From assembly GCA_964016885.1 (NCBI GenBank), contig OZ024743.1, forward strand, positions 25,916,001 to 25,980,000: DNA of 64,000 bases, written 5' to 3'. A program made the translations under genes and the position numbers. Source of the DNA: Eledone cirrhosa. Taxonomy: Eukaryota. The notes below the pieces were generated by a model that worked only from the letters and a program-made list of their open reading frames with translations, searched no databases and had not been told where the DNA came from. Positions 57,326 to 64,000 of this stretch are shown here, piece after piece; within the stretch, counting starts at the first letter, position 1, and every line of letters begins with the position of its first letter.

Positions 57326-57357
<32 letters not shown>

Positions 57358-57446
57358 ACAACAGCAACAACAGCAACAACAACAACAACAGCAACAACAA
57401 CAACAACAACAACAACAGCAACAACAGCAACAACAACAACAACAGC

Positions 57447-57501
<55 letters not shown>

Positions 57502-57795
57502 GCAACAACAGCAACAACAGCAACAACAACAACAACAGCAACAACAACAACAACAACAACAACAACAGCAACAACAGCAACAACAGCAACAACAGCAACA
57601 ACAACAGCAACAACAACAACAACAACAACAACAGCAACAACAACAACAGCAACAACAGCAACAACGACAACAACAACAACAGCACAACAACAACAACAAC
57701 AACAGCACAACAACAACAACAACAACAACAGCAACAACAACAACAACAGCAACAACAGCAGCAACAACAACAACAGCAACAACAACAACAACAGC

Positions 57796-57829
<34 letters not shown>

Positions 57830-58018
57830 GCAACAACAGCAACAACAGCAACAACAGCAACAACAACAGCAACAACAACAACAACAACAACAGCAACAAC
57901 AACAACAGCAACAACAGCAACAACGACAACAACAACAACAACAGCACAACAACAACAACAACAACAGCACAACAACAACAACAACAACAACAGCAACAAC
58001 AACAACAGCAACAACAGC

Positions 58019-58055
<37 letters not shown>

Positions 58056-58219
58056 GCAACAACAGCAACAACAACAGCAACAACAACAACAACAGCAACA
58101 ACAACAACAGCAACAACAGCAACAACAACAGCAACAACAACAACAACAGCAACAACAACAACAACAACAGCAACAACAGCAACAACAGCAACAACAACAA
58201 TAACAACAACAACAACAGC

Positions 58220-58256
<37 letters not shown>

Positions 58257-58468
58257 GCAACAACAGCAACAACAACAATAACAACAACAACAACAGCAAC
58301 AACAACAACAGCAACAACAGCAACAACAACAGCAACAACAACAACACCAGCAACAACAACAGCAACAACAACAACAACAGCAACAACAACAACAACAGCA
58401 ACAACAGCAACAACAACAGCAACAACAACAACACCAGCAACAACAACAACAACAACAACAACAACAGC

Positions 58469-58505
<37 letters not shown>

Positions 58506-58632
58506 GCAACAACAGCAACAACAACAATAACAACAACAACAGCAACAACAACAGCAACAACAACAACAGCAACAACAACAACAACAACAGCAACAACAGC
58601 AACAACAACAACAACAGCAACAACAGCAACAG
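57078..58632. repeat. Long (AAC)n/(AGC) microsatellite
   Basis: Seen directly. Confidence 0.97.
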
Positions 58633-58830
58633 TTACGGGCCTGAAAACAAACATTTGAAAGTCCACACGCCTTCATTGTCCAAACCCTACCTCTAGTCAC
58701 CACATCAATGGACAAATTAGTCACACGCCTCCTACCTGTCTACGTACATACACACATATGAATATATATATATATACACACATACTGTATATACACACAC
58801 ACACATATATATCTACACATACACACACCA

Positions 58831-58867
<37 letters not shown>

Positions 58868-58902
58868 CGGGCGTGTGTATGTATATATGTATATATAATA
58901 TA

Positions 58903-59045
<143 letters not shown>

Positions 59046-59563
59046 ACATATATATATAAACAATATATTAACAAATGGAAACTATATTTATAAAACCATA
59101 TTTATTTCATTATACATATTTCAAGGACACCAAAGCAAATTATGGTGCGCTTTCATCAGATAAAATATAATATAGATTAGTTTTATAAACAAATATTGAC
59201 ATACCCTTAAAAGAATGCGACCATGTCTGTTGGAAGCTGCTGGATAGCCATAGTATCCCAACAAATTAAATATAACCTCTACATATATATAAACATATAT
59301 ATATATATGTGTATATATATAAGTTTATCCGGGTTGAATCGGAGGTAACCACAGTAAGTAAGGTACTCAATACATAGCAGAGTATAAAAGTTTTAATATA
59401 GAAGAGCCTCTACAAGACTAGAACTGTTTCATTCGTGAGAAATCATGAGGGAGCTGGCTGTCCAAATAAGTAGTGGTATTTATATCTTTTCTTTTCTGGT
59501 GGTGGGAGAGGGTATGTATATATATATATATGTATATATATATCTTATATATATATATATGTG

Positions 59564-59624
<61 letters not shown>

Positions 59625-59844
59625 ATATAAAAATATTGCCTTGTCCGACGAACGAATGAGGACGTTTTTCGTATTCGTCTTATTCGGGAAACCTCTGGTA
59701 ATGAGGTAATTATATTGTATTGTTTATTATATATTAAATTTTGCTCTGCTACTTACATAGAGCACTCTTCACTCCTATGACTTTTTCAATTTTCAACGGA
59801 AACTTCAATACTTATATATATATATATACACATATATATATAAG

Positions 59845-59942
<98 letters not shown>

Positions 59943-60297
59943 ATATATGCATACATATATGTATGTGTGTGTATATATACGTGAGTACATATATTCTTAG
60001 CATCACAGCCACCTTAGCATTGCTAGACAACAAGGTGTTGATACTGTGTTGGACAGTTAGTCCCTCCTGTAGTACTAGCTTCTCCTCTACTCTATGTTGT
60101 CCACTTGTGTGGCCAAAGTGATCGTCGTTGCCAGCAAATTACCAACGCCCCCCCCCCCTTACGTTTATCAGTGTTAGCTTCAACGCTCACCAATTGTGTC
60201 CTTTGACTGACTGACCAACAAACAAGCCGTGGCTAACCTGAAAGGCAGACCGCGGCCTGTCTCTTGTTGATGTACTTTTATTTTTTTACTTGGCGGC

Positions 60298-60533
60298 ATT
60301 GGTGGTGGTGGTGGTGGTGGCGGTGGTGGTGGTGGTGGGGGTGGTGGGGGTGCTGGTGCTGGTGGTGGTGGTGGTGGTGGTGGTGGTGGTGGTGGTGGTG
60401 GTGGTGCTGCTGGTGGTGGTGGTGGTGGTGGTGGTGGTGGTGGTGGTGGTGGTGGTGGTGGTGGTGGTGGTGGAGGTGGTGGTGGTGGTGGTGGCGGTGG
60501 TGGTGGTGCTGGTGCTGGTGGTGGTGGTGGTGG

Positions 60534-60564
<31 letters not shown>

Positions 60565-60632
60565 GGTGGTGGTGGTGGTGGTGGTGGTGGTGGTGGTGGT
60601 TGTGATGGTGGTGGTGGTGGTGGTGGTGGTGG

Positions 60633-60663
<31 letters not shown>

Positions 60664-60668
60664 GGTGG

Positions 60669-60699
<31 letters not shown>

Positions 60700-60735
60700 G
60701 GTGGTGGTGGTGGTGGTGGTGGTGGTGGTGGTTGT

Positions 60736-60768
<33 letters not shown>

Positions 60769-61129
60769 GCTGGTGGTGGTGGTGGTGATGGTGGTGGTGG
60801 TGGCGGTGGTGGTGGCGGTGGTGGTGGTGGTGGTGGTGGTGGTGGTGGTGGTGGTGGTGGTGGTGGTGGTGATGGTGGTGGGTGGTGGGGTGATGGTAGT
60901 GTTGGTGGTGGTGTTGTTGGTGGTGGTGGTGACGGTGGTGGTGGTGACGGGGGTGTTGGTGGTGGTGGTGGTGGTGGTGACGGTGGTGTTGTTGTTGTTG
61001 GTGGTGGTGGTGGTGGTGGTGGTGGTTGTGGTGATGTGGTGGTGACGGTGGTGGTGGTGGTGGTGGTGGTGGTGACGGTGGTGGTGGTGACGGGGGTGTT
61101 GGTGGTGGTGGTGGTGGTGGTGACGGTGG

Positions 61130-61160
<31 letters not shown>

Positions 61161-61278
61161 GGTGGTGGTTGTGGTGATGTGGTGGTGACGGTGGTGGTGG
61201 TGGTGGTGGTGGTGGTGGTGACGGTGGTGGTGGTGACAGGGGTGTTGGTGGTGGTGGTGGTGGTGGTGGTGACGGTGG

Positions 61279-61309
<31 letters not shown>

Positions 61310-61760
61310 GGTGGTGGTTGTGGTGATGGTGGTGGTGACGGTGGTGTTGGTGGTGGTGGTGGTGGTGGTGGTGGTGGTGGTGGTGGTGGTGACGGTGGTG
61401 TTGGTGGTGGTGGTGTTGGTGGTTTTGGCGGTGGTGGTGGTGGTGGTTTTGGCGGCGGCGGTGGCGGTGGTGACGGTGGTGTTGGTGGTGGTGGTGGTGG
61501 TAGTGGTGTTTGTGGTGGTAGTGGTAGTGGTGTTTGTGGTGGTGGTCGTGGTGGTATTTGTGGTGGTGGTGGTGGTGGTATTTGTGGTGGTGGTGGTGGT
61601 GGTCGTCGTCGTCGTCGTCGTGGTGGTCGTGGTGGTGGTGGTGGTGGTCGTGGTGGTCGTGGTGGTCGTGGTGGTGGTGGTGGTGGTGGTGGTGGTGTTT
61701 GTTGTGGTGTTTGTGGTGGTGTTGGTGGTGATGGTGGTGGTGGTGGTTTTGATGGTGGTG
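60298..61760. repeat. Long (GGT)n microsatellite with a higher-order ~115-bp sub-repeat near 60920-61330
   Basis: Seen directly. Confidence 0.95.
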
Positions 61761-61955
61761 GCGGAAGTAACTACGGCGAAGGCGGCGATGACAGCTACGA
61801 CGGTGGCGGTGACTATCGCAATGGTTACAGTGGTGTTGATTGTAATGATTGTAACTATAATAGCATCGCCGTCGTTGTTATTGTTGTTAGTGTTGGTGAT
61901 GATGATGATATGATTATGATGTTAGATTTTGTGTCAAGAGGATCCAAAACGATGA

Positions 61956-62004
<49 letters not shown>

Positions 62005-62094
62005 CGTAGTAGTAGACAGGGTGCATGAGATTCCAGCATGATCTAGATTCAAAGTGGTCATGCTAGAACCAATATAAGAGCTAAAAACGAACAT

Positions 62095-62500
62095 CACAAC
62101 TGGAGCCAGCAGGCCTCGACCTCGGAGACGGCAAGCGCCCCGACAGAATTACCTACCCTCTTCCCCTACGATGAACGTAGATCCCTTATCTGGGACGCCA
62201 CATGTTGAGAAACGTTCTCCACCTCAAACTTAGTCGCTTCGGCCACAAACCCCTGTACCGTGGCCCACCATGCAGAGGATTGTCCGGCCGCTTCCTCTTT
62301 GCACCGGTCGCCGTCGAGACGTCAGGCGTACTTAGAGCCCGTACTGCTGAGTTCCTCCGCAAGTTCGGAACATCAACAACCCGTCTGAGGAAGGAGCCCC
62401 GTGAGGTGGGGTGGTTGTTGCAGTAGATGTTGCTGGCCATCGTTCGTGGAAATGCTTTGGCGGTCTTGTCCGCGTGACGCAGCCCCAACATCGCCGTGCC
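62095..62500 (+). pseudogene. CRE-like non-LTR retrotransposon RLE domain remnant
   Basis: LEPAGLDLGDGKRPD; LIWDATC*ETFS; FAPVAVETSGVL; WLLQ*MLLAIVRGNA. Confidence 0.78.
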
Positions 62501-62931
62501 CTAGGCCTAGAGACCATCACACTCCCCCTTCCCCTTCCTCTTTTCCTGTGACCCCAGAGCCCTTGCTCTTCCCTTTATTTTCCGTTTTTAAATACCAGTG
62601 GTGTTGTTATTTGAAATAGATTTGTTTATGATTTTGTTTTATTCTTATTAATAAAAAGTTCTTTAAACCAAAAAAGAACCAAAAGAAAAGTAAGGAAGTA
62701 GAATATATGAGTTAAGAGAAGAGGTACGCCGTTCCTGCTAATACTTTGCTCCTTTTGGTACTTGAATGGTTTTTAAGTCATTCTCAGGTTAATGTGAAGA
62801 GATAACTGAAAGATATAAGGTGTCTTGTTTAAAGAACAAACGTAGCAATGAAGACTGCTAAAATGTAAAGAAGGAAATGAAAGTGTCTCATAAGTTCATT
62901 GTTTTCATTACCTTTTATAGTTCTATGTAGG

Positions 62932-63145
62932 ATGGAATGGCAGACTCGGTAGAACCTCTTGAAAATTATTTAGGGTACTTCTATCGTCTCTTTAAATTCT
63001 TATTTCAAATTCCACCCAAGTCAACTTTGGCTTTCATCCGTCTGGAGTCAATAAAATTAAGTGCCAGTCAAGTACTGTGATCGATATAAACGACTTTTCT
63101 CATCCCTTAAATTATTGACCTAGTGTCTAAATCATAAATCATTAT
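62932..63145 (+). mobile_element. Diverged Nin/Deu-like SINE copy
   Basis: gtcaactttggctttcatcc..gtcaataaaattaagtgccag. Confidence 0.65.
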
Positions 63146-64000
63146 CTTTTATAATGCTATCATCTTTTGCATGCCTTCTCAGAACGTAAAGGGCCGTAAA
63201 TCTATGCCGCGAAGCATGGTGTTTGACGCTCTACCGATTCTACAAATTCATCGACTATATTATCAATTTTTGCTTCATAGCTTCATTGCGTGCCCGCTGT
63301 AGTATTTCGGGGAATATTTCATTTATTCTAACGTTAGGGTGACGCTTTGGTTGCCTGAATCAAGCAGTATGTCATTGGTACACATTATACTAAATACCTA
63401 CAGAGATAAAAGAGGAACCCAACAGCAGTGGAATTTGAACTCAGAACATAAAAAGGTGTTAGTAAATTGTTTATTCCAATCCACCGTCCTTTCTCCAGCT
63501 CAACAATAACATAAACCTACAGTAATTTGTTTGATTGAAATCCATTCAACAAACACTATCCTTAAAACCAATCACAAAAAATATAATTATAATCTGTATG
63601 TATGAACCTGTAACTCCTGCTTGAAAGAATGAAAGGCAGAGATAACATTGGTGGGATTTGAACTCAGAGTGACCAAAGCCGAAATAGATAACGTGAAGCT
63701 TTCTAGTCGACTTCTAAACTCCTAATAACCTCTAACATACCATGGTGTTTCTACGAGGTCATTTGACCTAGAATGAGCAGTTAGATTATCATAATTCACT
63801 TTACTGTCTCTAAAGACAAGAAAATAGAACACATCAGGGTCGACATGGAACTGGATAACAACAATAACAGCAATGACTATTATTATTGCTGAGGTTGTTT
63901 AGTCCTCGATCATAATCAAAGGATTTTAACTGTGGCCATCCAGTCTTATTTTTATATATCTGGGATGACATTGTCTATTTTTTCCTTTTTTTTCTTTCAA

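Noticed and set aside
56734-58724. Long ORFs (489-654 aa) of poly-T/Q/C/V/L
   Set aside because: Translations of an (AAC)n microsatellite
60264-61913. Poly-Val/Trp ORFs
   Set aside because: (GGT)n microsatellite

Overview
AT-rich eukaryotic, non-genic DNA, probably octopus/cephalopod. This is inferred from the dense (TA)n/(AAC)n/(GATA)n microsatellites and the SINE families. No host protein-coding gene is recognisable, and almost all ORF-track hits are microsatellite translations. The window holds a 38-bp minisatellite, a near full-length Tx1/L1-clade LINE plus fragments (two copies sit in (GATA)n), and a decayed Naiad-type Penelope-like element (RT + GIY-YIG). It also has a Transib/RAG1-like transposase remnant missed by the ORF track, mariner, RTE, R4-like and CRE-like fragments, and many tRNA-derived SINEs. 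The most interesting layer is a set of small non-coding elements inserted in (TA)n tracts: tandem 453/496/615-bp retrozyme-like arrays and palindromes carrying hammerhead ribozyme (HHR) cores. Two sequence-unrelated elements (42744-42859 minus; 44826-44926 and 45322-45422 plus) share one fully covarying fold. In it the three hammerhead core strands occur in reversed order (pseudoknotted) and stem II is replaced by a multi-helix junction. This is a candidate undescribed hammerhead topology. All folds were worked out by eye and are untested.
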